This document shows, in pieces, positions 1-14,500 of a stretch of DNA of 64,000 nt. The notes beneath the pieces are model-generated. The model had not been told where the DNA came from and did not search any database. It saw only the letters and a program-made list of their open reading frames with translations. Position numbers and translations under genes: made by a program. Source of the DNA: Chrysomallon squamiferum (taxonomy: Eukaryota > Animalia > Mollusca); the NCBI GenBank assembly GCA_012295275.1, contig CM022675.1, positions 15,438,001-15,502,000 of the forward strand, read 5' to 3'. Each line of letters opens with the position of its first letter. The first letter of the stretch is position 1.

Positions 1-2615
1 TTATCACAGTGTTTACATGTTGGTATCCCATCAGTTTACATGTAGTGTTGGTATGTTATCACAATGTTTACATGTAGAGTTGGTATGTTATCCTATCAGT
101 GTTTACATGTAGAGTGTTGGTATCCTATCACAATGTTTACATGTAGTGTTGGTATCCTATCACAGTGTTTACATGTAGAGTGTTGGTATCCTATCACAAT
201 GTTTACATGTAGTGTTTACATGTAGTGTTGGTATGTTATCACAATGTTTACATGTAGAGTGTTGGTATGTTATCACAGTGTTTACATGTAGAGTGTTGGT
301 ATGTTATCACAATGTTTATCCTATCAGTGTTTACATGTAGTGTGTTGGTATGTTATCACAATGTTTACATGTAGAGTGTTGGTATGTTATCACAATGTTT
401 ACATGTAGAGTGTTGGTATGTTATCACAATGTTTACATGTAGAGTGTTGGTATGTTATCACAATGTTTACATGTAGAGTGTTGGTATGTTATCACATCAT
501 GTTTTGGTATGTTATCATGTTTACATGTAGAGTGTTGGTATCCTATCAGTGTTTACATGTAGTGTTTATCACAATGTTTACATGTAGAGTGTTGGTATGT
601 TATCACAATGTTTACATGTTATCCTATCACAATGTTTACATGTAGAGTGTTGGTATGTTATCACAGTGTTTACATGTAGAGTGTTGGTATGTTATCACAA
701 TGTTTACATGTAGAGTGTTGGTATGTTATCACAGTGTTTACATGTAGAGTGTTGGTATGTTATCACAATGTTTACATGTAGAGTGTTGGTATGTTATCAC
801 AATGTTTACATGTAGAGTGTTGGTATGTTTTTACATGTAGAGTGTTGGTATCCTATCAGTGTTTACATGTAGTGTTGGTATGTTATCACAGTGTTTACAT
901 GTAGAGTGTTGGTATCCTATCAGTGTTTACATGTATGTTGGTATCCTATCATGTTTACATGTAGTGTTGGTATGTTGGTTGGTATCCTATCAGTGTTTAC
1001 ATGTAGAGTGTTGGTATCCTTATCAGTGTTTATTACAATGTTTACATGTTTAGAGTGTTGGTATGTTATCACAATGTTTGGTATGTTATCACAATGTTTA
1101 CATGTTTACATGTAGAGAGTATCCTATCACAATGTTTACATTGGTGTTATCACATTTACATGTAGAGTGTTGGTATCATCAATGTTTACATGTTTGGTAT
1201 GTTATCACAGTGTTTACATGTAGAGTGTTGGTATCCTATCACAATGTTTACATGGTATTGGTATCATCACAGTAGAGTGTTGGTATGTTATCACAGTGTT
1301 TACATGTTGGTATCCCATCACAATGTTTACATGTAGAGTGTTGGTATGTTATCACAATGTTTACATGTAGAGTGTTGGTATGTTATCACAATGTTTACAT
1401 GTTGTTGGTATGTTATCACAATGTTTACATGTAGAGTGTTGGTATCCTATCACAATGTTTACATGTGGAGTGTTGGTATGTTATCACAATGTTTACATGG
1501 TATCCTATCACAATGTGTTTATCATGTGTTTACAGTAGAGTGTTGGTATCCTATCAGTGTTTACAGTGTTGGTATTATCATGTTTACATGTAGAGTGTTG
1601 GTATGTTATCACAGTGTTTACATGTAGAGTATCCCATCATCAGTGTTTACATGTAGAGTGTTGGTATGTTATCACAATGTTTACATGTATGTTGGTATCA
1701 TCAGTTTACATGTTTGTTGGTATGTTATCACAATGTTTACATGTAGAGTGTTGGTATGTTATCACAGTGTTTACATGTAGAGTGTTGGTATCCTATCACA
1801 ATGTTTACATGTAGAGTGTTGGTATGTTATCACAGTGTTTACATGTAGAGTGTTGGTATCCTATCACAGTGTTTACATGTAGAGTGTTGGTATCCTATCA
1901 GTGTTTACATGTAGAGTGTTGGTATGTTATCACAGTGTTTACATGTAGAGTGTTGGTATGTTATCACAGTGTTTACATGTAGAGTGTTGGTATCCTATCA
2001 CAATGTTTACATGTAGAGTGTTGGTATCCTATCAGTGTTTACATGTAGAGTGTTGGTATGTTATCACAGTGTTTACATGTAGAGTGTTGGTATGTTATCA
2101 CAATGTTTACATGTAGAGTGTTGGTATGTTATCACAGTGTTTACATGTAGAGTGTTGGTATGTTATCACAGTGTTTACATGTAGAGTGTTGGTATGTTAT
2201 CACAATGTTTACATGTAGAGTGTTGGTATGTTATCACAATGTTTACATGTAGAGTGTTGGTTACATGTAGAGTGTTGGTATGTTATCACAGTGTTTACAT
2301 GTAGAGTGTTGGTATCCTATTACAATGTTTACATGTAGAGTGTTGGTATCCTATCAGTGTTTACATGTAGAGTGTTGGTATGTTATCACAGTGTTTACAT
2401 GTAGAGTGTTGGTATTTTATTACAATGTTTACATGTAGAGTGTTGGTATCCTATCAGTGTTTACATGTAGAGTGTTGGTATGTTATCACAATGTTTACAT
2501 GTAGAGTGTTGGTATCCTATCAGTGTTTACATGTAGACTGTTGTTATCCTATCAGTGTTTACATGTAGAGTGTTGGTATTTTATTACAATGTTTACATGT
2601 AAAGTGTTTGTATGT
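1..2615. repeat. Intronic minisatellite, ~34-bp unit (GTTTACATGTAGAGTGTTGGTATGTTATCACAAT), roughly 75 copies, continuing beyond the window start
   Basis: Direct tandem repetition with TATGTT/TATCCT and CAAT/CAGT variants and many internally deleted units. The ORFs at 418-2568 are simply its translations. Confidence 0.97.
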
Positions 2616-2713
2616 TATTAATTTGGTTTTACAAGGATTGTTAATAGTGTTACAGATATAACTTTACATGTAGATTGTGAGTATGTAAACAAGTTACCTA
2701 AGTGTTTACTTAC

Positions 2714-2775
2714 AGGTTGTTTCAAGTACTTATCCATGTCTTCTCTGTTCCGTTTCTGTTCTATCATCTCTTGAT
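2714..2775 (-). CDS. Exon of the CSPP1-like gene: (N)QEMIEQKRNREDMDKYLKQP
   Basis: ttttcag acceptor, gtaagt donor, phase 1 to 0, matches the upstream exon. Confidence 0.85.
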
Positions 2776-5700
2776 CTGAAAATGTCACAAATGTTAATAC
2801 CTTTTGGTAAAACAACTTGTCATATAACCGTTGTATTTTTTTAATACAAACAAGATAACTATGCACATTTCTACTAAAATGCAAATTCATTCACAATTTA
2901 AAACTGTTTTCAAACAAACATGCATCAATTTAATTAAGTGTTTGTTTAAATCATTTTCTGCAATATTTTTCAGTCATGTCCAAAGAAATAAATTAATTCT
3001 TCACAAAGATAACAAACATCTATAAGTAATTATAAATGATCAATGTGTTGAAGTTAATTTTGAAGTATTTGCATAAGAAAATTTATTATTCTGAGTTCTT
3101 CTCTTTGGGTAAGTATTCCCTGTTACTTTGTACTGATAAGTATTCCATGTTACTCTGTACCGATTGTATGGGTAAGTATTCCATGTTACTTTGTACTGAT
3201 AAGTATTCCATGTTACTCTGTATTGATTGTATGGGTAAGTATTCCCTGTTACTCTATACCGATTGTACTGATAAGTATTCCATGTTACTCTGTATCGATT
3301 GTATGGGTAAGTATTCCCTGTTACTCTATACCGATTGTATGGGTAAGTATTCCCTGTTACTCTGTACCGATTGCATGGGTAAGTATTCCATGTTACTCTG
3401 TACCGATTGTACGGGTAAGTATTCCCTGTTACTCTGTACCGATTGTATGGGTAAGTATTCCATGTTACTCTGTTGTGGTTGTACAGGTAAGTATTCTGTA
3501 TTACTCTGTACGGTTATACAGGTAAATATTACATAAAGATATATCACTCAGTTAAACTTTTTCCCAATTTAACTAATGCCAAAAACTGAATAAACAACAT
3601 GTAAATATTGTGAAAAAAGTAACATGTACATTAAAATTACCAGAGATAAATATTTTGAAAAAGTTTATATTAAAAGGATTAAGAAGATATTTACAATTCA
3701 TGCTACTAGTCAAGATTCCATTTCAGAAAATTTATAATAAATAAAATGAAATAAAATAAAATAAACAAACAATCAAAAAATCAATAAATAAAAGGTTTAT
3801 ATTATTTATAATTTTAACTCAGATGTATGTTCAACTAAAATGTGGTTGTTGTGTGTTTATTTGAGGTTACAGAACAACACTTAAAGCTACAGACAGAAAC
3901 ATTCCTCTACCATGTGAAATGTGTTTAAAGGGAATTTGTTACATTTGCACCTTATGTGAGAAGTGGTTTGTTCTGGTCATGTTATATAGCCTAGTAACAC
4001 TTGTTATGTTTTTCTTATATGACACTGCTACTGTTTTAGTTAAAATGCTTATCAAATGATAACTTTATCATTCCTAATGATTTGTATTGTTTTGAAACAT
4101 TTTATTTCCTCATGAAATGGTTGAACTACTCAGACAGTAAACATATTTCATGTCAGTGAATGATCACATGATAACACTGATGATTATTTCATGTATCAAT
4201 GAAAGTGACATACAACACTGCATAGAACAATAATCACACACACACACACACACACCTATATCAAGAAATAATTATACAGTTACCTTTTCCCTCTGAATTG
4301 AAATTAAGAGATAAGAAAATATTTTTGCAGAATAAAACAGTTATTTTTAATGCATTTTGCACCATATATTTCCATAATATAATTATATTCATTTTAATAA
4401 AATTCTTAAATACTAGACTAATAAAAATGATGTGCCATATTAATTCATTTAAGTGTTTCAGAAATAATAAATAATCATAACAGTGTGTCATAAAATATTT
4501 TTCATTATTGTTTAGCTGTATCAGAAATTATTATTATTATTTTTTTTTATTTTTTATTGTTTAATTAGCTTTCATTAGCTGTGTTTTCAAATACAATGAC
4601 TTATTCCAAAATTGAAAAAAAATAAGAAAAAACAGAAAATGGAAAAAAAATAATAAAAAAATCATCATTAGAAAAGTTTCTATACAATCAACAAAGAAAA
4701 CTACTAATAATATAAAAAAAATTTGTTGCAAAAGTTCCAGCAAATAATGAAACAGTTTTGCACAAAATGGGTATACAAGTATATAAAAAAAAAACTCTGG
4801 TTTCCCATGAAATATCATCACCAAATTTTCTCTTCTACTCTAGTTATCTGATAACAGTTAGCATGACTCATGGTGTCATTAAACAAATTTGTTTTCACTT
4901 TTTCTAAGTAAGACTAAACTCACTGAGTTCCTTTAGAAGCTCTTGAGCAGCTTTTTGTCTTCTCCGAATGTCAGCTGATGAAACCTGTTAACAAACATCA
5001 CTTAATAAAAACCAAGACAGTTTTAAAAATGTAGAAATTAACAGAGACAGAAATAACCACTCAGCATCTTACAGTTATCACCAGAGATGTAACTGACAGT
5101 ATCAAATATTCTCAGACTGTTAGTAAATATACTGTTTAGATCAGGGGTCCCCCAAACCTTTTAGATCATCAACCACTTCATGGAAACCTTGACCCCCCCC
5201 CAGGCATGAACAAAAAATAATTTAATAATAACAATTAAGTAGATGTGCTGTTTACAAGTACATTAATGGCCTTTCATCTTAGCAGGTTTCATGGATTCAT
5301 TACTCAAAGTCTTTTCACATAACATGCATTTAAACATTGTTTTATTAGTAAATGAAGGTATGAATCCAAATTTCAAATACTCTTGTGAATATTGTTTGCA
5401 CTTCTTCTTAGCATTGGCCACTGACATTGTGCATACTCGAAATATGGAAAAATTTAGCAGTAAATGCACAGCTATCAATTCACTGACACCAGTCTGACAG
5501 CTATGGGTGTGCACTGGCTGGCTCTGGGCTGGTTGGTGCTGTTGGACACAAAATAACAAGAAACTCAGCTTAGGATTTCTACAGCATAGATTTTCAATCC
5601 TTTCTTGAAAATAAAGCTAAGGCTAAGCCAAAAAACTTTAAAATGTTACATGACTTCAATACTAATGATAAATAATATACATATAGTTAATATGTTCATC

Positions 5701-8481
5701 AAGTATTAAAAAAAATAGAGCATGTCAGTAAGGACATTTAATTCATTTATGTGAATACAGGTATTATAATATCCGTTACCTTGTGATTCAAACTAATAAT
5801 AAATTATTATAACTATATAATTATCATTATGTTTGACAAAAATTACAATAGATTATAAAATAAATAGACAAAATATATATATATATATAAATTTAAAATG
5901 TGTAACAGCAATTTATATTTTTATTTCATATATAAATGTTAACATTTGACCTAAAAAATTCGCTCAACCCCCTTTTGATTCCCAATCATTTTCAGCCCCG
6001 TGAATAGTCCCATCAACCATTTTGGAGACCCCTGGTTTAAATGGATAATAACAACGAGAAATCATTTTCTTTACACAATGAAATAGCAATAACGGACAAA
6101 AGTAAATTATAATGGACAGCAGTAACTCAAAAAGAGAGTAGTAACTAACAGACAGAAATAAGTAACTGATAAATAAAAGTACATAGCTGACTGTAAGAAG
6201 CAATTATCTAACAGGAAAGGCATGTGGTAAACCACTCGTAAAGATGCAAAAGGTAATCACTTGTTTTGTTAAACTTCCATTCACTGTAGTCTTGGCATTT
6301 CCTTTGTTGTCAGTTATTGGAGCACCACAGCCAGGTCGTCCAAAAGGGTAATAATCTTCATCCTCTTTGTCTGCCTTCATTCGACGTCGGTGACCTGGCA
6401 AAACTTCATCAATATGTGAAACTGCAATGACAATAAATAATAATAATAACGTCAATGATGATGATGATGATGCTAACAACAACAACAACAGTAAGCATAA
6501 ATGTACTTTTAAAATAAAAATTACAAAAATTAACACATACTGTGAGATTCATTCTTAAAATAATTTTATCTTTCAATATCTGACAAGAAGATGTCATCTC
6601 AAAAATGTTATTATTACAGCCAACACCAAGAGAAAACAATACATATTCTTATTATTCATTGTAGTATATAAACTTTTCACTGCTGAGATTCATGATAGTT
6701 TTAATAATATTCAAAGTAAACTTGAGGAAGACAAAGTTATGCTTTTTGTAAGACAATAAAATGAAATGTTCAACAATAAGCTGATTAACTGCATGTGGTA
6801 ATTCAGTTCTAAAACAATTCACACAGTGCACTTAGTACCAATGTTAAACAAATTCTTCAAAATTAAATACCAAAATTTGACATAATTTTACCATCAATTG
6901 ATGATAACTTTACTGAAAATAAACAAAAGAGAGGAAGTACATAAATAATAAAACTATAAATCACTGTAATGATAAAAGTTTTTTTATTTCATATTAAATT
7001 ACAAGACAAATGTCACAAAGCACAAAACAAACAAATACAAATTATTCTTACAACAAATATTTGGTATCTTAAATAAATGGAAATATAAATATATATCTGG
7101 ATCAAGATATATAAAAATGTAATAATCAATAAAAAAAAAAAAAAAAATAAAGTTCAGAATGTAACAAAAATTAAAAAATAAATTAAAATAAAATAAGGTG
7201 CAACTATGGCTTTAAAAAACAGTAAAACAATATAACAAATAAACATGCAAACATTTGAATGTATATTTATTACCTGATGACTGACCTTGTGATATGACTG
7301 CTTTAAAAAGGAAAATATCAAACTGTTACAGACAGTGTTGTCATTTTCAAACAAAGTTCAATTATAAAATGCAATTTATTGGACATTTTTCACTTTGTAT
7401 CTGTTTTGTGTAATCATCTGTGTGTTTGTAGGTACATGTGTATAAATATACTAGAATAGATAAAACTGTATGTTGTAATTAGAAAACAAATTTAACATAC
7501 CTCCATAATCATTGCGATGCATGGTGATAGGAAACTTGGTTTTTTGTTTTCCACTTTCATCAATCTGTGGAGCCCCAGCTCCTCCTCGAGTGTGCTCCAG
7601 ATCAAGACTCTTTGATTCCTGTAAATAAAATATTTCTAACAAAAAATAAAACACACACAACGAGATAGAGACAGACAGAAAGACAGACAAATATGCTGTC
7701 TCACTCGCTGTGTGTGTGTAACACAAACACCAATACTAACACTTACACAAGTATAGAAATATCAAGGTGCATTCACTAGAAAAAGTTACACTGTTTTTCA
7801 TATAATATAAAATTAAATTTAAATTTCTGCCAATTTTCATACATATATGTAAATATGAAATGTTATTCAAATCAGTACTAAAATATTTAAAATGCAGCAC
7901 AGTACTAATAAAAAGTTTACTGTCAACCAAAACACGTCAGATGTAACCATAAACATAAATTCTTAAACAACTTAATGTTAAATTTAAAATTTCTCTATTC
8001 AATATTAGTTAATCAAACAAATTCTGAGTGAAAAAAAAATGCAATTAGATGTGGTAAAGGTAAATATCTGAGAAAAGATAATTTGTACTGTACATACCTC
8101 TCTTTTTTTTGCTATAGAATCTGAAAAGATTAAATTTATTTCAAAAACAATATTAATATACCAAAATGGAATAACATTATTAATATAATCATCTCAAAAT
8201 TTTTATATCATTCTTCTGCCTTTCAGTTCACATTAGATGTTACATTATTTCTAATATTGAACTAAAATTTTTGAAGATAATGTAATTGTTTGCTCCATAT
8301 CAAAAATTATTAATCAAACAATGTAATTATTTGCAACTATTATGTATTATAATTAAATAATAGTTTCTTGAAAACATACATAATTATCTATTTCAGAAAT
8401 GTATGAAATTAAATCTCAAATGAATCTGCACCGAACCTTAAAACATAACTGTTCTTAAAGAAAATAAACAGAAGAGAAAAA

Positions 8482-8528
<47 letters not shown>

Positions 8529-11500
8529 CATAATACTACTACTAATAATAATTAATAATAATAAATAAATAAATAAATTAAAATTAAAATTAAAAAATAA
8601 ACTAATTAATTAATTATTAGTTAAAGAATAACAAAGCGTGTTGACACCAGTGTGTAATAACTGCATGATGACTACACAGGTAGACTGGAAACACTGCTTA
8701 TTACACACCCTGGTTGTTTAACACAAATAATCTACTCACACAGAAACAAAACAGTGCAGCAACTGATCAGTTCTATGTGATACATAGATACAAAATGATA
8801 CAAACAACAACAAGAAAACCCAACTGTAACAGAAACAGTAAAAACTAAATAAATAAAAAAAATAATAAATAAATAAATAAATAAATAAATAAACAGAAAC
8901 ATGTATTCATATTCTGTTGATATAAATTGCTATAAAAATAAACAATATTTTGAATAAGAAATTTATAGGTTGATTTAATGCCAACTGAGAGCAGACATTA
9001 AGAAAGTTAAATGTTTTAACACATTTATACATTAAAGATGATAATGTATTTAACTTTCACCTGATTCAGCATTTTGTGATTTTCCCACTTCAAGCTTTCC
9101 AAAATCTTCACTCTTTTTAAGCTTATTAGGAAAAAGAATTAACATCATTTTCCAATATCAGTGTCATCTGATAACATTAAATTGTAAATTATAACTTTTT
9201 CAGTGATTATTTACTTAACAATTTAATATTATTTATTTATTAAAATAATAAAAATTAAATAATAATAATATCTAGAAAATATAAAATTGAATTTACAGTT
9301 ATAACTATTTTCCATTTATAGAATCAAGTTTATATTTAGAATGGTTTCAGAGAATTAACAGTAGTTGTTGATACGTTTATATTATGAAGTATATCAGAGA
9401 ATTAACAACAGCTGTGAACATGTGACAATGCATGTGAAAATGAGGGATCTATCATACAGTATGTTTTGATGCTGTAATGCAATGTATTCACTAATACAGA
9501 AAACTATTTTGCAAGTACAAAACAATAAAATGCAACATTTCTTGTTTACGTAGTTTGTGGTGGTAGGCTGAGCATCAAACTCCAGAAACACTGAATTCTT
9601 TCAACCTAGTTTCAGTCCTTTATACAAATTATGTAGCAATATTTTCCTTTGCTGTGACTTGTGTTCATTACATTTATACCAAACACTTGCAAGAAAAATT
9701 TGTTTCTTTAGTTACAGTTATTAAGATTGTAATTCAGGTTTTCTACAAACTAACATTTATAATCTACTTTCTCTTCATTTAGCTAAATAATAATCTAATT
9801 TTGTGAAATATAGTCAATATCCATGATTTTTCTGTGTACCATCACATATGTTTATATTCAGAATTGTCTCACCAATTCCAACTCCTGACGGAGTTCTTTA
9901 ATTCTGGCAGTCTGAACCTCAAGTTGTTTTTGTTCAGTTTGTAACTCTGCATGAAACAACATAAACTAAAAATGTGCAGTGTTAGGCAAAACATGAAATC
10001 AGACATGTTTTACTGATAAACAATAAAACATCAACAACAAATTAATTAAGGAAAACTTCGTTATTTAGTGTCATCCATATAGCAACAAAACAATAACAAT
10101 GAAAAAAAAAATGAAAAAAAAATCCTAACAAAACCCCCACAAAACAAATTATTATAAATATAAACTAAGCAAGCAGCTATTTGAGTTTTTAAAATAATTT
10201 TAAACATGCATGAGGATGGCTCAGACTGAATAATTAATCCTGCTCAGAGAACAATCTGTTTCCAGCCATACTCAGTGATTTGTGTCTGTTTATCTACATG
10301 AATGTGCCCATATAAGATCACTTTCTGCTACTAGTTAAAATTAGCAATGAGTTTTATCTCTCATATCATCATTATATAAATGTTTATTCATTTATAAAAT
10401 GTACAATTAAAAAATACAAACTGATATTACTTGTAAATAAAGTTAAATTATTATAAGCTTTATGAGAAAAATAGCAAAATATTTACTTTAATTTATTTAA
10501 TGTTTGTGTTAAAAAATATATAACTATATGAAAAGAGGATTTTTAGTTAGTATATCTAATTTGTGTCCATGGTCCCTCAGGCAGTCTTACATATTCAATG
10601 TCCTTTAATAAACACAATGAAAAGTTTATTTTTACATTTGTTAGTAATATATTATGCATTAAGTACTATGTACTTACGAGTTTCCATAGAATTTTTTTGT
10701 GGCTGGGATGGACGGTATCGAAGACGATTTTCAATGGATGCACGGCCACCTTCATTGTATCTGATAGATGGATCACCCTGCAAGTCAGCTTTTATCTCCC
10801 CTGTTTCTGTCACTAGTGGTGCTCCATTTCCTGGTCTACCAAGATGGTCCAGAATAAAATCACTCTCCTTATTCTGCATTAACACAAAGATATGATTGTT
10901 TTTCTTTTATAATTTAACTTCGACCAGCTATAAGATAATTTAATAATTCTTTCTAATTAAATACAATATATTACCTTTTTGAATGAACTAAACAGTTTAA
11001 AATTTTAGACATGAATTTATTTCAAACTGCTTTACAAGTGCAAGTCAAAACAATACATTACTGATTTTAATAGTAAAAATAAATAAAATATACACTGCCA
11101 GTAAAAGTGATACTGTTTTCATAAAATCAGTATTTTGTATACAAATTAAATATGTTGTCAAACATATGCCATATATATGTGTGTGTGTGTATATATATAT
11201 ATTTTTTGTTTTTGAAAGCAAATTTCCATAATAGAAGTGACACACATGGAGCCAACACCTGAGACAGAGAAACAGTAAATAAAGCCAGACTTAATATAGA
11301 AAAACATCAGTCAGATAAAATTAATTTGAAACAAACATACAAAGGGCAAAGAAATGAAAATAATATTTTGCAAACAAATCATTTAATTTCTTCGAATGAC
11401 ATTTTAATCTGATGTGTGAACTTTTCAATTTTCTGTGTAATTTAATAATTTGCATGTCAGTCACAAACAATATTTAAATTGCTTATCCATATGTACTTGT

Positions 11501-14500
11501 CTTTCAAATAACACAGTTTACTAAGAGGAATAAATCTGTAGAACAATTAATGTGGGGTTGCTCGGTAACATTCTTTACACTGTTGATTTAATTGACAATT
11601 TGATAACTAGGAATGTGTTCTCTTCAACTTTTATTTATGGGTAAAAATCTCATGTGATATAAAAAAATAAAAACATAAAAAAAGAAGAAAATGGGAGGTA
11701 CATTGTTAACTACTGAGTGCATACAAATATCAAGATTTGTTGTGTAGGTCACAACAGTGTAGGAAAGAAAACTTTGTTTCAAAAGGTATGTTTTGCTGAT
11801 ATTTAAAAATATATATATAGTTATATATAGTTATATATATATATATAGTTCTTTTTATTTAATTGCAGTTTTCACTCACAATTAGAACTATTGTTTTATT
11901 CCTTTTTGTTCATAACCACATAGTGAGGTAAATCTGTACAACAGTACTACAAACATTAAATGGCTATTGACTTTACAGCCTCAAATGAATTAATTCATAG
12001 TACTGCTAAACCTTGAAATATTCATGAATTGTGATCTTTTACCTAATATAACCAGTTTTCCTTTTCAAAAGAATATAAACATTTCAATTTGTGTTATAAC
12101 TTATTATGTTTAAAAAAATATTTGAAAAAAACCCTCCAACATTATTCCATATTAAAATATCATATCAAACTGATTGCAGCTGACAAGAAAATAATACTGG
12201 AACAGCAACAGACTTTTTATTATCTAACATAATTTGGTTAAAAAAATGGCATACTTAACTAAATTTTACAAAACAAAATTAATAAAATGAACAAAAAAAA
12301 AAAAAAAAAAAAAAAAAATACAGTGAATTATATAAATGTTTAGAGTAGTTGTATTATCAAAACACACAGAGAGTATAAATGAACTACATTCACAGAATGA
12401 TGCTATTTCAGTAATTGAGTAAACTGTTACCTTTCCCAGCTGTGATCCATCCATCAACTTAACAGGAAGCTATCATCATAACAAACAGTTATTAAGTGAA
12501 AACTATCAAATTATTATAATTGTAATTTGTATATTGATAAATAGTTTTATAAAATTTATATTTTGTTTATAATTTCTTTTTTGGACATTTGTTTTAAATA
12601 TTTAATTTTTGGGGGGGGCTATATTTATATTTTTATTTTCATTTATCTTTTTTTTATGGGATGGTGTTTTATTTCATTATTATTATTATTATTATTATTT
12701 ATTATTATTATGTTTTAATTGTAACATACATAGCGAAATAATAATAGCATGACTAGTTTTATTTATTAATTGTTATTTTATCAGAACTTTGTTGTTTTGA
12801 CATTATTGTTATTAATCATTAAAGCATTAAATTAAAGATAATGCCAGAAACTTTAGATAATGATAAAATAACAGTTAATAGTCCTATTGTACTTGGATAC
12901 TCATCTGTTAATATTTTTATTATTAATTATTTCAATACTGTAATGCAAAAGTAATTAATCAAAATAATTACCAAATTTCACAAAACATTTGTCCATTAAA
13001 AATGGAAATAGAAATAATTTTGAAGGTTAACCAGTCTTATAGAAAGATAAACAATGTTAAGAAATGCATTGATTAGGAATGTGATGCCTAGAATTTACAT
13101 CTGATTAAATTATAGTAAATGTCTGTTTATATCAGATATAGTTTTACAACAATTTGTCTTTCACTAATGGAATTCATTAATGTACATCAAGTGTTTTTTT
13201 TTCATTTTTCTTTTCTGAAGTCTTTGTTAGCTATTGTAAATGGAAAAGATTATATTTCTGAATCAAAATGACTCAAAACAGATATAAAATTATAAATAAA
13301 ACTGTTCAGTTTTTAACAGAATCACATTCCATCAACAATAAAGTCAAATAATAAGACAGTGTAAACAATATCCAAAACAAATTTGATAAATGGATTTCCA
13401 AAAAAAGAAAGACAGCAGTATATCTGTAATCTGTAATAGTGTCTTACCATTGGGTCTCTGTATCTCGGTTCACCCCGTGGTGTCACGTCCTGCTCAGTAA
13501 ATTTACGTTTACGGTTATCACCATCACCCTGTGAAATGAATTTTACAAAAACTTTAGAATATATAACAAAAAGAATGATTATTACCACGAACGATTTACA
13601 CAAGACAGGTGTTGAGTCTGTTTTCCACTGCAGAAATTGTTGGTTCAAGGAAGTAAAATAAATATTTTACTATCATTTTTACATTGCTGTATACTGTTGA
13701 TTAGAAACTGAAAGCACAAAGTGTATGATCTATCACAAGTGAATTCTCAATAATTCTGTTTGCTATATAAAATACATGTGACACTTACTTTGGGTGCACC
13801 ACCTCCAAATTTCTTGTCAAGCATGTCAAATCCTTTTAACATTTCAAAATCCTAAAATATCCAAAAACAATTGTTATCATAAACCAAATGAAACTGTTTA
13901 CTAAGATTATGTCAAAATTTATTATAATAATAATAATAATAATTTGTGTTCAGGTGGCAAAACTGGTCATGTGGGGTAGGTGTTACTGACATCCCTATGT
14001 GTAATTGTTAATTTACATGTGCTGGTATTTGTATTTTTATGATAATGATTACTCTTTTTTTTAAATATAAATGTCTCAGTAATATAATATTTATCTTTCC
14101 AATATAACCAAAATATGAATAATAATTACAGAAAGCTCATGTATATATGCATTTAAATGGTTAAATACTTAAATATGCACAAAGCATTTTTATAGAGACT
14201 TTTATACAAGATAGTTAGTTCTTGTTAACATAAGCAGTAGAAATGATTGCAGGCAGATGTATCATATTAGTATTAGTATGCCAGGTGTCCAAGTGCAATA
14301 AATAAATAAACGTGTTAATGTGTTGATTATATATTGATAAATTATTTTATTAGTAACAAACTGAGTGGGATATATTAATGGCATTACAAGTTTCATATTA
14401 TGTTAGTTCTACTTGAACATATGATTATGATATGGATAATGTACGGATAGGGAATATTTACTCATGGAAAACACCTCACAGAAGCCATGGCTAATGAACT

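Noticed and set aside
1-2615. CRISPR-like array or repetitive Cys/His protein ORFs
   Set aside because: There are no unique spacers and no cas genes, the context is eukaryotic, and the ORFs are frame-shifting translations of a 34-bp minisatellite
3036-3536. 166-aa Cys-rich ORF
   Set aside because: Translation of the 36-bp minisatellite, antisense within an intron
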